From: Malacoraja senta
Taxonomy: Eukaryota
Length of the DNA: 64,000 nucleotides
NCBI GenBank assembly: GCA_038087875.1
Contig: JAXLNO010000130.1
Location: 1-64,000 of the forward strand
Direction of reading: 5' to 3'
Shown one piece after another: positions 1 to 11,845 of this stretch. A program made the translations under genes and the position numbers. Within the stretch, counting starts at the first letter, position 1. Every line of letters starts with the position of its first letter. The notes beneath the pieces are model-generated. The model did no database searches, had not been told where the DNA came from, and was given only the letters and a program-made list of their open reading frames with translations.

Positions 1-693
1 AAAGTAAGCATGCAGGTACAGCAGGCAGTTGAAGAAAGCGAATGGCATGTTGGCCTTTATAACAAGAGGAATCGAATATAGCAACAAAGAGGTCCTTCTG
101 CAGTTGTACAGAGCCCTAGTGAGACCACACCTGGAGTATTGTGTGCAGTTTTGGTCCCCTAATTTGAGGAAGGACATTCTTGCTACTGAGGGAGTGCAAC
201 GTAAGTTTACAAGGTTAATTCCCGGGATGGCGGGACTGTCATATGCTGAGAGAATGGAGCGGCTGGGCTTGTACACTCTGGAGTTTAGAAGTATGAGAGG
301 GGATCTCATTGAAACATATAAGATTGTTAAGAGTTTGGGCACGCTGGAGGCAGGAAACATGTTCCCGATGTTGGGGGAGTCCAGAACCAAGGGCCACAGT
401 TTAAGAATAAGGAGTAAGCCATTTAGAACGGAGACGAGGAAACACTTTTTCTCACAGAGAGTGGTGAGTCTGTGGAATTCTCTGCCTCAGAGGGCGGTGG
501 AGGCAGGTTCTCTGGATGCTTTCAAGAGAGAGCTAGATAGGGCTCTTAAAAATAGCGGAGTCAGGGGATATGGGGAGAAGGCAGGAACGGGTACTGATTG
601 GGGATGATCAGCCATGATCACATTGAATGGCGGTGCTGGCTCGAAGGGCCAAATGGCCTACTCCTGCGCCTATTGTCTATTGTCTATTGTCTG
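1..693 (+). mobile_element. CR1-type LINE 3' fragment, subfamily A (RT C-terminus, 3'UTR, (CTATTGT)n tail)
   Basis: ORF 29-607 contains CR1 ORF2 motifs [29 protein letters not shown] and FFSQRVVSLWNSLP, followed by the 3'UTR hairpin GGCC-AATGGCC and a tandem CTATTGT tail. Confidence 0.9.
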
Positions 694-1449
694 TTGACCC
701 GCTGAGTTACTCCAGCACTCTGTGAAACGTCACCTATCCACATTCTCCAGAGATGCTGCCTGACCCGCTGAGTTTCTCCAGCACTCTGTCTTTTACAGGG
801 TGTCAGGGGTTATGGGGCGAAGGCAGGAGAATGGGGTTGAGAGGGGAAGGTAGATCAGCCATGGTTGAATGGCGGATTAGACTTGATGGGCCGAATGGCC
901 TAATTCTGCTCCTAACACTTGTGGACTTATGGAGCCATACAGGGTGAAACAGGTTACTGAAAGTGGCGAAACAAGTAAATAAAGTGGTGAAAAATCCTTA
1001 CAGTATGTTTGCCTTCAATGGTCAATGCATTGAATATAAGAAAAGTGTAGGAAGGAACTGCAGATGCTGGTTTAATCCCAAGACAGACACAAAATGCTGG
1101 AGTAACTCAGCGGGTCAGGCAGCATCTCTGGAGAGAAGGAATGGTTGACATTTCGGGTCGAGACACTTCTTCAGACTCTAATTTTCTCCGGGTGTTTCTG
1201 TTTCCTCCCACATTCCAAAGATGTGCAGGTTTGGAGGTTAATTTGGCTCCGGTAAAAATTGTAAAATGTCCCCAGTGTGTGCGTTACTGCTGGTGTGTGG
1301 GATTGGTAGTTGGCACAGACTCGGTGCGTTGAAGGGCCTGTTTCCGCTCTGTATCTTTAAACTAAACTAAACGTTTTTTTCCTGCATTTAGCCTGTCCAA
1401 TCCCTTAAGAATTCCTTCATTTGCCTCAATCCCAAACCAACGTCTCTTC

Positions 1450-1835
1450 CATTGACTCCATCTACACCTCACGCTGCCTCGGCAAGGCCAGCACCACAAT
1501 CAAGGACCAGTCGCACCCTGGCCACTCCTCCCATCAGGCAAGAGGTACAGAAGTGTGAATACGCACACCTCCAGATTCAGGGACAGTTTCTTCCCGGCTG
1601 TTATCAGGCAACTGAACCATCCTATCACCAACTAGAGAGTGGTCTAGAATTACCAACTACCTCACTGGAGATCCTCAGACTATCTTTAATCGGACTTTCC
1701 TGGGCTTTATCTTGCACGAAACGTTATTCCCTTATCCTGTATGTGTACAGTGTGGACGGCTTGATTGTAATCATGTATAGTCTTTCCGCTGACTGGAGAG
1801 CACGCAACAAAATGCTTTTTATTGTACCTTGGTGA
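1450..1835 (+). mobile_element. Degraded Rex1/Babar-like LINE 3' fragment
   Basis: Translates to frameshifted RCLGKA..IKD.SHPGH and RFRDSFFPAVI; the same family recurs at about 37790-37960, 45650-46080 and 59580-59800. Confidence 0.55.
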
Positions 1836-2749
1836 ACGTGACTCTACCGCTGCGCCACCGTGCCAGCCCTGGCGGGTGTTAAGGCGGGTCCTCACATGGA
1901 ACATAGAACAGTACAGCACAGGAACAGGCCCATCGGCCCACAATGTCCGGGCTGCACATAATGCTGGGTTGAACTAATCTCCTCTCTCTGCACGTGATCC
2001 AAACCCCTCCATTCCCTGCGTATCCAACTAAAAGCCTCTTGATTGCCACTATCGTATCTTCCTCCACCACGACCCCTGGCAGCGCGTTCCAGGCTCCCTC
2101 CAGATATTCCTCACTTGATGGAAGGTGAAAAACAGTTCAATCTCTTCCCTTCTTTGTTCTCCCGCGGTCGGGGGCCTCGAGCCTTCCATTTACGTGGCGA
2201 CCCCTTGGAATATCCCATCATTTAAGAAACAGTTAGACAGGTACATGGATAGGACAGGTTTGGAGGGATACGGACCAAGCGCAGGCAGGTGGGACTAGTG
2301 TAGCTGGGACATTGTTGGCCGGTGTGGGCAAGTCGGGCCGAAGGACCTGTTTCCACGCTGTGTGACTCTACGACCTGGCATCATGTGCAGCACGGACACT
2401 GCGGGCCGAATGGCCTGTTTCTGTGCTGTACTGCTCCATGTTCCACCAGTCACCACCTCCGAGAAAGACTTCCCGGAAACTTGCAGCCTTCCGTGTTGGG
2501 AATGTTGACTGAGGATTTCCGGACTGCGGGGAATGGATGAAGCAACACTGAGGCTCGGTGAGTAAGGGACACACACTGGGGACCCATCAGCTCTGAGATG
2601 CTGGGTCATCTGAAGCAGCCGTACTGTGTAAAGAGGAAGTCTGAATGGTGTTCACTTACAGTCAGGAAATGGACTGATATGACGGGACTTGGAAGAAAGG
2701 CCCTGACCTGTACTAATTGTATTTCCTGTGCATATTTTTAGTTTAGTTT

Positions 2750-3175
2750 AGTTTTACAGATACAGCGTGGAAACAGGCCATTCGGCCCACCAAGCTTGTG
2801 CTGGCCAGCGAACCCTGCACACTAACACTATCCTACACACACTAGGGACAATTTTTACAATTATAGAAACATAGAAAAACAGGTGCAGGAGTAGGCCGTT
2901 CGGCCCTTCGAGCCAGCACTGCCATTCAAAATGATCATGGCTGATCATCCAACAACAGTACCCGGTTCCTGCTTTTTCCCCCCATATCCCTTGATTATAC
3001 CAAGCCAATTGACCTACAAACCTGTGGGACGTCTTTGTAGTGTGGGAGGAGACCGGAGCTCCCGGAGGGAACCCAGGCGGTCACGGGGAAGAGAACGTAC
3101 AACTCCGTAGTCAGGTTGGAGCCCGTGTCTCTGGCGCTATGAGGCAGCAACTCTAACGCTGCGCCACCGTGCCGC
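2750..3175 (-). mobile_element. HE1-like tRNA-derived SINE, interrupted by a CR1 3' tail at about 2865-2995
   Basis: Minus strand has head GCACGGTGGCGCAGCG (box A-like), central GTACGTTCTC..CCGTGACC..GGGTT and tail GGCCTGTTTCCACGCTGTATCT. Confidence 0.65.
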
Positions 3176-3575
3176 CCCTTTCAGGTAACTTTAGTGTACA
3201 AAACAGTTGGCAGCAGAGAGGATCAGAGTGGCGGCTCGTGATGCATGGCTGGCATGTGACAGCACCTCAAGCAAGGGGAGACACACAGCGACACATCTGG
3301 CAGAGCCACTGCCTCATGGCGCCACACAGCGACCCAGGTTCCATCCTGACCTCCGGTGCTGTGTGTGTGGGGGGTTTGTACCTTCTCCTTGTGACCGAGT
3401 GGGTTTTCTCCAGGTGCTCCAGTTTCCTCCCACATCCGGGTTGAAGGTTAATTGTCCTCTGTGACTCAGCCTGAAGAAGGGTCCCGACCTGAAACCTCAC
3501 CCACCCATTTTCTCCAGAGATGTTGCCTGACCCGCTGAGTCACTCCAGCATTTTGTGTCTATCTTTAGCATCTTA

Positions 3576-3936
3576 AGGGCCTGTCCCAGGAGCATGCGAC
3601 TGCATGAGGCGAGCGCTACCCAACCGGAAGAGGGGGCCGCGCGGAGGTCGAGTGATTGACGTGAAGTTCGAGCGAAGTCCGCGGGAAGTTCGCGCGTGAC
3701 ATATGGCGTTGAGACGCTGCGCACGCCCGTCGAGGCGGTGCGTACGGCCTCCATGCGGTTGCGGGCCGGCAGGTCGTTGCCGCGTGGAATATTTGGACAG
3801 TGTCAGTTTTTCGGAGCCCCGCGCGATGTCGGGACCAGCTCCGCACAACTCCATACGGCTCCGGCGATCGAAGTGGGACCGGCCCCGTGAGGCCGTACGG
3901 CTCAAGCGACCACGTTAGGTCGCTTGAGCCGTACGG
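3576..3936. mobile_element. PIF/Harbinger-type MITE, one end only
   Basis: TTA followed by AGGGCCTGTCCCA, the same terminus as the complete copy at 33388; internal similarity to that copy; right TIR missing. Confidence 0.6.
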
Positions 3937-4109
3937 GGGAGTCCAGAACCAGGGGTCACAGTGTAAGAATAAGGCGCAGGCCATTTAGGACGGAGATGAG
4001 GAAAATCTTTTTCCACCCAGAGAGTTGTGAATCTGTGGAATTCTCTGCCGCAGATGGCAGCGGAGGCCAATTCACTGGATGTATTCAAGAGAGAGTTGGA
4101 TATGTCCCC

Positions 4110-4350
4110 TTTTTTAAAATTCAAATAATTTATTCAAATATTAAAAAAATAATATGACACTACAATAAAACAAGCCAGAACCCACCATTATAATACAATA
4201 CAAACTTATATCCTTCATAAACTACTATACAACTATCTTACACTCCTTGTCAAGGATGCATTTAACACCTTGAGGAGCCCAGCGGTCCCGTAACTCCCGC
4301 AGGATGCCCGTGGACAGGGCTTATTCCCTTTCTAACCTCACCCGGGCTGG
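4110..4350 (-). mobile_element. Tx1/L1-like LINE 3' end fragment
   Basis: Minus translation resembles RVRLERE..LSTG.LRE.RDRWAP; similar pieces at 36390-36620 (+) and 39560-40100 (-). Confidence 0.45.
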
Positions 4351-5184
4351 ATATGACTCTTAGTAGGGCTAACGGAATCAAGTGATGTGGGGAGAAAGCA
4401 AGAACGGGGTACTGATTGGGGATGATCAGCCATGATCACATTGAATGGCGGTGCTGGCTCGAAGGGCCGAATGGCCTACTCCTGCCCCTATTGTCTATGT
4501 TTCTATGTTTACCTGGTCACCATGTAATGTTACGTTGTAACTGCCCGTGTTGAGTTGATCTGATCCACTTAAATCATGTCGTAACCAATCAAATGGAAAA
4601 TGTGTTGTACGATGATATCACTCGTGTTATCATCAACTAATACATGTAATGATTGTTCCTCTGCTATTCCTCCCGCGCTTTTGAGGACTGACTAAAAGAA
4701 ACTTTGTCTCCCCTGAAGTGTGTGTGGGGTCCTTTGGGAATTGGGGGGCGGTGACATTAAACACTGAAGGGACACAAGGAGATTTGGAACACACTGTCGG
4801 GTTACATCACAGCTTGGTTTAGGAGCAGCCCAAGACAATATGCAATGGATTTAGAAATAAGGAACTGCAGAGGCCGGTTAGTTCTGATAAACGGATAACA
4901 TGGAACTAGTGTGAACGGGTGATCCATGGTCAGTCGTAGAGTCATAGAATGATACAACGTGGAAACAGGCCTTCGGCCTAACTTGCCCACACTGGCCAAC
5001 ATGTCCCAGCTACACTCGACCCACCTGCCAGCGCTTGGCCCATATCCCTCCAAACCTGTCCTACCCAGCTATCTGTCTAACTCTTTCTTAAACAATAGGA
5101 TAGTCCCAACCTCAACTACCTCCTCTGGCAGCTCGTTCCATACACCCACCACCCATTGTATGAAAAAGTTACCCTTCAGATTCA

Positions 5185-5583
5185 ATAGGCAATAGACAAT
5201 AGGTGCAGGAGTAGGCCATTTGGCCCTTCAAGCCAGCACCGCAATTCAATGTGATTATGGCTGATCATCCACAATCAGTACCCCGTTCCTGCCTTCTCCC
5301 CATATCCCCTGAAACCGCTATCTTTAAGAGCCCTATCTAGCTCTCTCTTGAAAGTATCCAGAGAACCTGCCTCCACCACCCTCTGAGGCAGAGAATTCCA
5401 CAGACTCACAACTCTCTGGGGTGAAAAAGTGTTTCCTCGTCTCCGTTCTAAATGGCTTACCCCTTATTCGTAAACTGTGGCCCCTGGCTCTGGACTCCCC
5501 CCAACATCGGGAACATGTTTCCTGCGTCTAGCGTGTCCAAACCTTTAATAATCTTATATGTTTCAATAAGATCCCCTCTCATC
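5185..5583 (-). mobile_element. CR1 LINE 3' fragment (subfamily A)
   Basis: MRGDLIETYKIIKGLDTLDAGNMF on the minus strand, plus 3'UTR and tail. Confidence 0.85.
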
Positions 5584-6240
5584 CAGCTCATGTCTACAGT
5601 AAAAGTACAGCCCTTGGAGAATGGGAGGAAACTCGAACACTCGGAAGCCCACAGGGGATCGATCAGAGGAAGCATCTGTCTTAGCACCGCCCTATTGCAA
5701 CTTCACTTCAACACTCAAGAGAGAGTTCAATAGTTCTATGTACCGACAAGAGCAATGACCTTCATTACAAGATTACTTGCAGCAGCACGACAAGCCTGTG
5801 AGTACAGTAGTCATGGGTAACAAACTCAACAAAATAAATCAACAAAGTAAAAATGAAGATTACCCTAAACCTAACCCTAACGAAGAAGCAAGGTCTCGAC
5901 CTGAAACGTCACCCATTCCTTCTCTCCAGAGATGCTGCCTGTCCCGCTGGAGTATTGTGTGCAGTTTTGGTCCCCTAATTTGAGGAAGGACATTCTTGCT
6001 GTTGAGGGAGTGCAGCGTAGGTTCACAAGATTAATTCCTGCGATGGCGGGACTGTCATAGGCTGAGAGAATGGAGCGTCTGGGCTTGCAGACAATAAAAT
6101 GCATTCTATTCTATTCTATTCTATTCTATACTCCGGAGTTTAGAAGGTTGAGAGGGGATCTTATTGAAACATATAAGATTATTAAGGGTTTGGACACGCT
6201 AAAGGCAGGAAACATGTTCCCGATGTTGGGGGAGTCCAGA

Positions 6241-8043
6241 AACAGTCAGAAACAGGTGAATTGATCATGGGGAACAAGGATATGGCGGACCAATTGAATA
6301 ACTACTTTGGTTCCGTCTTCACTAAGGAAGACATAAATAATCTGCCGGAAATAGCAGGGGACCGCGGATAAAAGGAGATGGGGGAACTGAGTGAAATCCA
6401 GGTTAGTCGGGAAGCGGTGTTGGGTAAATTGAATGGATTAAAGGCCGATAAATCACCAGGGCCAGATAGGCTGCATCCCAGAGTACTTAAGGAAGTAGGT
6501 CCAGAAATAGTGGATGCATTAGTGATAATTTTTCAAAACTCTTTAGATTCTGGAGTAGTTTCTGACGATTGGAGGGTAGCAAACGTAACCCCACTTTTTA
6601 AGAAGGGAGGGAGAGAGAAAACGGGGAATTACAGACCAGTTAGTCTAACATCGGTAGTGGGGAAATTACTAGAGTCAGTTATTAAAGATGGGATAGCAGC
6701 ACATTTGGAAAGTGGTGAAATCATTGGACAAAGTCAGCATGGATTTACGAAAGGTAAATCATGTCTGACGAATCTTATAGAATTTTTCGAGGATGTAACT
6801 AGTAGAGTGGATAGGGGAGAACCAGTGGATGTGTTGTATCTGGACTTTCAGAAGTCTTTCGACAAGGTCCCACATAAGAGATTAATATACAAACTTAAAG
6901 CACACGGTATTGGGGGTTCAGTATTGATGTGGATAGAGAACTGGCTGGCAAACAGGAAGCAAAGAGTAGGAGTAAACGGGTCCTTTTCCCAATGGCAGGC
7001 AGTGACTAGTGGGGTACCACAAGGCTCAGTGCTGGGACCCGAGCTATTTACAATTTATATTAATGAACTGGATGAGGGAATTGAAGGCAACATCTCCAAG
7101 TTTGCGGATGACACTAAGCTTGGGGGCAGTGTTAGCTGTGAGGAGGATGCTAGGGAACTGCAAGGTGACTTGGATAGGCTGGGTGAGTGGGCAAATGTTT
7201 GGCAGATGCAGTATAATGTGGATAAATGTGAGGTTATCCACTTTGGTGGCAAAAACAGGAAAGCAGACTATTATCTAAATGGTGGCCGATTAGGAAAAGG
7301 GGAGATGCAGCGAGACCTGGGTGTCATGGTACACCAGTCATTGAAAGTAAGCATGCAGGTGCAGAAGGCAGTGAAGAAAGCGAATGGTATGTTAGCTTTC
7401 ATAGCAAAAGGATTTGAGTATATGAGCAGGGAGGTTCTACTGCAGTTGTACAGGGTCTTGGTGAGACCACACCTGGAGTATTGCATACAGTTTTGGTCTC
7501 CAAATCTGAGGAAGGACATTATAGCCATAGAGGGAGTGCAGAGAAGGTTCACCAGACTGATTCCTGGGATGTCAGGACTTTCATTTGAAGAAAGACTGGA
7601 TAGACTCGGCTTATAATCGCTAGAATTTAGGAGATTGAGAGGGGATCTTATAGAAACTTACAAGATTCTTATGGGGTTGGACAGGCTAGATGCAGGAAGA
7701 TTGTTCCCGATGTTGGGGAAGTCCAGGACAAGGGGTCACAGCTTAAGGATAAGGGGGAAATCCTTTAAGACCGAGATGAGAAAAAACTTTTTCACAGAGA
7801 GTGGTGAATCTCTGGAACTGTCTGCCACAGAGGGTAGTTGAGGCCAGTTTATTGGCTATATTTAAGAGGGAGTTAGATGTGCCCCTTGTGGCTAAAGGGA
7901 TCAGGGGATATGGAGAGAAGGCAGGTACGGGATACTGAGTTGGATGATCAGCCATGATCATATTGAATGGCGGTGCAGGCTCGAAGGGCCGAATGGCCTA
8001 CTCCTGCACCTATTTTCTATGTATCTTCTATGTATCTATGTCT
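6241..8043 (+). mobile_element. CR1 LINE subfamily B, 5'-truncated, with RT domain
   Basis: ORF 6378-7616 has NYRPVSLTS, QHGF, LDFQK.FDKV, SGVPQGSVLGP and KFADDTKL; (TTCTATGT)-type tail. Confidence 0.93.
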
Positions 8044-8722
8044 ATGAAAGTAAGCATGCAGGTACAGCAGGCAGTGAAGAAAGCGAATTGCATGTTGGCC
8101 TTTATAACAAGAGGAATCGAATATAGGAGCAAAGAGGTCCTTCTGCAGTTGTACAGGGCCCTAGTGAGACCACACCTGGAGCATTGTGTGCAGTTTTGGT
8201 CCCCTAATTTGAGGAAGGAAATTCTTGCTATTCAGAGAGTACAGCGTAGGTTTACAAGATTAATTCCCGGGATGGCGGGACTGTCATATGCTGAGAGAAT
8301 GAAGCAGCTGGGCTTGTATACTCTGGAGTTTAGAAGGATGAGAGGATATCTCATTGAAACATATAAGGTTGTTAAGGGTTTGGACAAGCTAGAGGCAGGA
8401 AACATGTTCCCGATGTCGGGGGAGTCCAGAACCAGGGGCCACAGTTTAAGAATAAGGGGTAAGCCATTTAGAACGGAGACGCGGAAACACTTTTTCCCAC
8501 AGAGAGTGGTGAGTCTGTGGAATTCTCTGTGGAGGCCGGTTCTCTGGATGCTTTCAAGAGAGAACTAGATAGGGCTCTTAAAAATATCAGAGTCAGGGGA
8601 TATGGGGAGAAGGCAGGAACAGGGTACTGATTGGGGATGATCAGCCATGATCACATTGAATGGTGGTGCTGGCTCGAAGGGCCGAATGGCCTACTCCTGC
8701 ACCTATTGTCTATTGTCTATTG
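8041..8722 (+). mobile_element. CR1 LINE subfamily A 3' fragment joined directly to the preceding copy
   Basis: QVQQAVKKAN..RPHLEHCVQFWSP in ORF 7954-8568; CTATTGT tail. Confidence 0.88.
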
Positions 8723-9827
8723 TTTATGAGAGGATAAAGCAGCCTGGATTAGGTCAGGAGAGCAATAAAATACTGTCGGCAGGATGGAACAGCCAGAACC
8801 ACACTCAAACTCAATACCATCTAGGGCACAAAGACATAAAGTGAGAGGGGAAAGATTTAATATGAACCTGAGGGGCCATTTTGTTTGCACAGAGGGTGAT
8901 GGGTATATGGGCCAGAGGATGTAGTTGAGGGAGGGACTATCCATATCCATATCCACATCCATATCCATATCTATTACTGTTAAAACTCTGATCATGGATG
9001 TGTGTGTATTTGCGTGTGTGATGTTCGTGAGCGTTTCAATCTCCTCGAAAACACGATGAGGCTAACGGTGAAATGTTGACATATTCAGTTAGAGATTTAT
9101 GCCGTGATATCAAAAATCGCCTTATCTGAAAATTTCATGAATTATTTCTCAAGTTATTTATGAAAATATTCACAAATCTGAAATAACTCAGGAAATAAAC
9201 AAGATGGTCTCACTGATGACGTCACAATGGATCTGACTGCCTGCCTCTGCTCGCGCTGCGAGTGAAGTCACCCCTGTTATGTCTTCTGTACTTCTTGGCC
9301 TCTTAACTTTCACTTCTTTAAATTTGTCACTGAGCTATTTAAACTGCAGCTCAGGTCATGCTGCGCGCTCCGCTGGGCTCCTTGAAGTTCTAGAACATGG
9401 CAGCGGCGGTCGTTATCTGCGCGCAGGCACGGGGCAGTGCGGTGGCCCAGGCAGCCATTACTCCCTCTGGGAAATGCCATCTATGGAGACCTGTGATTCC
9501 TCCGTCGATCGCAGGGACTCGGGGAATCATGACGCATTTTCCTCGCTGGTGATCCCGATCCCACCTGGCGATCTCTGGCTGTCACATGAGACGACATCCT
9601 CTCCATCTCCCCCGCCCGACCGTCTGTCACGTGGGTGGGTGGGCTTCCCCCGTGGAAGCCACGATCGGCCGGCCCTCCGCTGCCTTTGACCGTCCTCAGA
9701 TCGCTCCGAGCTTCCTTCTTTTTCAGCCCGCAGTCACTCATTATTCCTCTTCTTGCATGGAGAGTGGTCCCGGTGGCTTGATCCCTCCATTTTTTAACTC
9801 TGACACCATGTTATGTTTTCCGAATGC

Positions 9828-10170
9828 TCCCCCTCTCTCTCACCCCATCTCTCCCCCATCTCTCTCCCCCTCTCTCTCCCCATATCTCTGTCTCCATCTC
9901 TCTCCCCCCTCTTTCTCTCCCCCTCTCCCTCTCTCTCTCTCCCCCTCTCTCTCCCCCTTCTCTCTCTCCCCCTCTCTCTCCCCTCCCCTCCCCCTCTCTC
10001 CCCCCTCTCTCCCCCCTCTCTCTCCCCCTCTCTCTCCCCTCCTCTCTCCCCCCTCCTCTCTCCTCCCCCCCTCTCACCCCCTCCTCCCCCATCCTCTCTC
10101 CTCCCCCCCCTCTCTCTCCTCCCCCCCTCTCTCTCCTCCCCTCTGCCCCCCTCCCGTTCCCCCCTCCTCC
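9828..10170. repeat. C/T-rich low-complexity tract (polypyrimidine; G-quadruplex-prone complement)
   Basis: About 340 bp of nearly pure (CT)n and C-runs. Confidence 0.9.
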
Positions 10171-11049
10171 AACCGCCCTCTACCACCTGGTTTACATCGA
10201 AGGTACTGGAGTAACTCAGCGGGACAGGCAGCATCTCTGGAAAGAAGGAATAGGCAATATACAATAAGTGCAGGAGTAGGCCATTCAGCCCTTCAAATCA
10301 GCACCGCCATTCAATGTGATCGTAGCTGATTATCCCCAATCAGTACCCCGTTCCTGCCTTCTCGCCATATCCCCTGACTCCGTTATCTTTAAGAGCCCTA
10401 TCTAGCTTTCACTTGAAAGTATCCAGAGAACCGGCCTCCACCGCCCTCTGAGGCAGAGAATTCCACACTCAGAACTCTCTGTGAGAAAAAGTGTTTCCTC
10501 GTCTCTGTTCTAAATGGCTTATCCCTTATTCTTAAACTGTGTGGCCCCTGGTTCTGGACTCCCCCAACAACGGGAACATGTTTCCTGCCTCTAGCGTGTC
10601 CAAGCCCTTAATAATCTTATATGGGTGACGTTTCGGGTCAGACAATAGACAATAGACAATAGGTGCAGGAGTAGGCCATTTGACCCTTCGAGCTAGCACC
10701 GCAATTCAATGTGATCATGGCTGATCATCCCCAATCAGTACCCCGTTCCTGCCTTCTCCCCATATCCCCTGACTCCGCTATTTTTAAGAGCCCTATCTAG
10801 CTCTCTCTTGAAAGCATCCAGATAACCTGCCCCCACTGCCATCCGAGGCAGAGAAAGGCCCTTCTGACCTTTTTGCCCATCTATACCTAACCCACGATAA
10901 GTGAAAGGAAGTGATGACGGAGGCTCCACACGTTGAATCTGAACCATTTAATATCCTTCTGTGTAGCTGTATAAGAGAGTTTCTGTAACTGCCAGCTCAT
11001 ACGAGGAGTAGCAGCCCAGTGCCCCCACCAACGGTCGGGAACTTGGTTG

Positions 11050-11087
11050 TCAGATGTCCTCCCTGCTGGGATGTTCTTCCTCTTCAA
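11050..11087 (-). CDS. Putative terminal coding exon G of the PDZ/coiled-coil/repeat gene (VEEEEHPSREDI*)
   Basis: Acceptor TTTTCTTTGCAG at 11099-11088; phase 1 matches exon F; stop at 11052-11050. The phase-0 frame is also open to 10887. Confidence 0.35.
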
Positions 11088-11184
11088 CTGCAAAGAAAAG
11101 AAAATAACCCATCAAAGAGTCACGGAGTCACACAATACTTTTCCCATCGGGCTGAAGGTACAGAAGTGTGAAGACGCACACCTC

Positions 11185-11600
11185 CAGGCTTGGCGATCAC
11201 TGCGCTCAGTTCGCAATAACCAACCTGATCTCCCTGTGGCTCAGCACCTCAACTCCCCCTCCCATTCCGAATCCGACCTTTCTGTCCTGGGCCTCCTCCA
11301 TGGCCAGAGTGAGTCCCACCGTAAATTGGAGGAGCAGCACCTCATATTTCGCTTGGGTAGTTTACACCCCAGCGGATTGAACATTGACTTCTCCAATTTC
11401 AGGTAGTCCTTGCTTTCTCCCTCCTTCCCCTCCCATTCCCAGCTCTACTGCAGCCCACTGTCTCCGCCTCTTCCTTTCTTCGTCCCGTCCCCCTCATTCC
11501 CACATCAGTCTGAAGAAGGGTCTCGACCCGAAACGTCATCCATGCCTTTGCTGCATAGATGCTGCCTCACCCACTGAGTTTCTCAAGCATTTTTATCTAC
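11185..11600 (+). mobile_element. Penelope-like element 3' fragment (GIY-YIG C-terminus plus pLTR with hammerhead-like motif)
   Basis: LRSVRNNQPDLPVAQHLNSPSHS..RKLEEQHLIFRLGSLHPSGLN, followed by a C/T-rich spacer and CTGAAGA-A-GGGTC TC GACCC-GAAACGTC. Confidence 0.8.
11505..11545 (+). ncRNA. Minimal hammerhead ribozyme-like motif (representative copy)
   Basis: Core CUGAAGA at 11510-11516, stem II GGGUC/GACCC, GAAA at 11530-11533, palindromic ACGU stem III, NUH GUC ending at 11537; stem I is weak. Confidence 0.55.
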
Positions 11601-11845
11601 CTCCAGTTTCAGGGACAGTTTCTTCTTAGCAACTGAATCGTTCTATCACCAACCAGAGAGCAATGCTGACCTCCCATTTACCTCATTGGAGACCCACGGA
11701 CTATCTTTGAATGTGATTTGGTTGGCTTTATCTTGCACTAAATTTCATTCCCTTCTCATTCTTCTGTACACAGTGATAGCTCGATTGTAATCATGTATTG
11801 TCTTTCCGCTGAATGGTTAGTACGCAATAAAAGCTTTTCACTGTA

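Noticed and set aside
2440..2712. Possible further minus-strand exon or 3'UTR in unique sequence
   Set aside because: Weak acceptor, all frames close quickly and there is no recognisable homology
8965..9280. Helitron-like 5' end
   Set aside because: Only a vague resemblance; no 3' hairpin or CTRR end identified
9586..10329. Pro/Ser-rich and Gly/Glu/Arg-rich ORFs (also at 47501-47987)
   Set aside because: Products of stop-free low-complexity tracts
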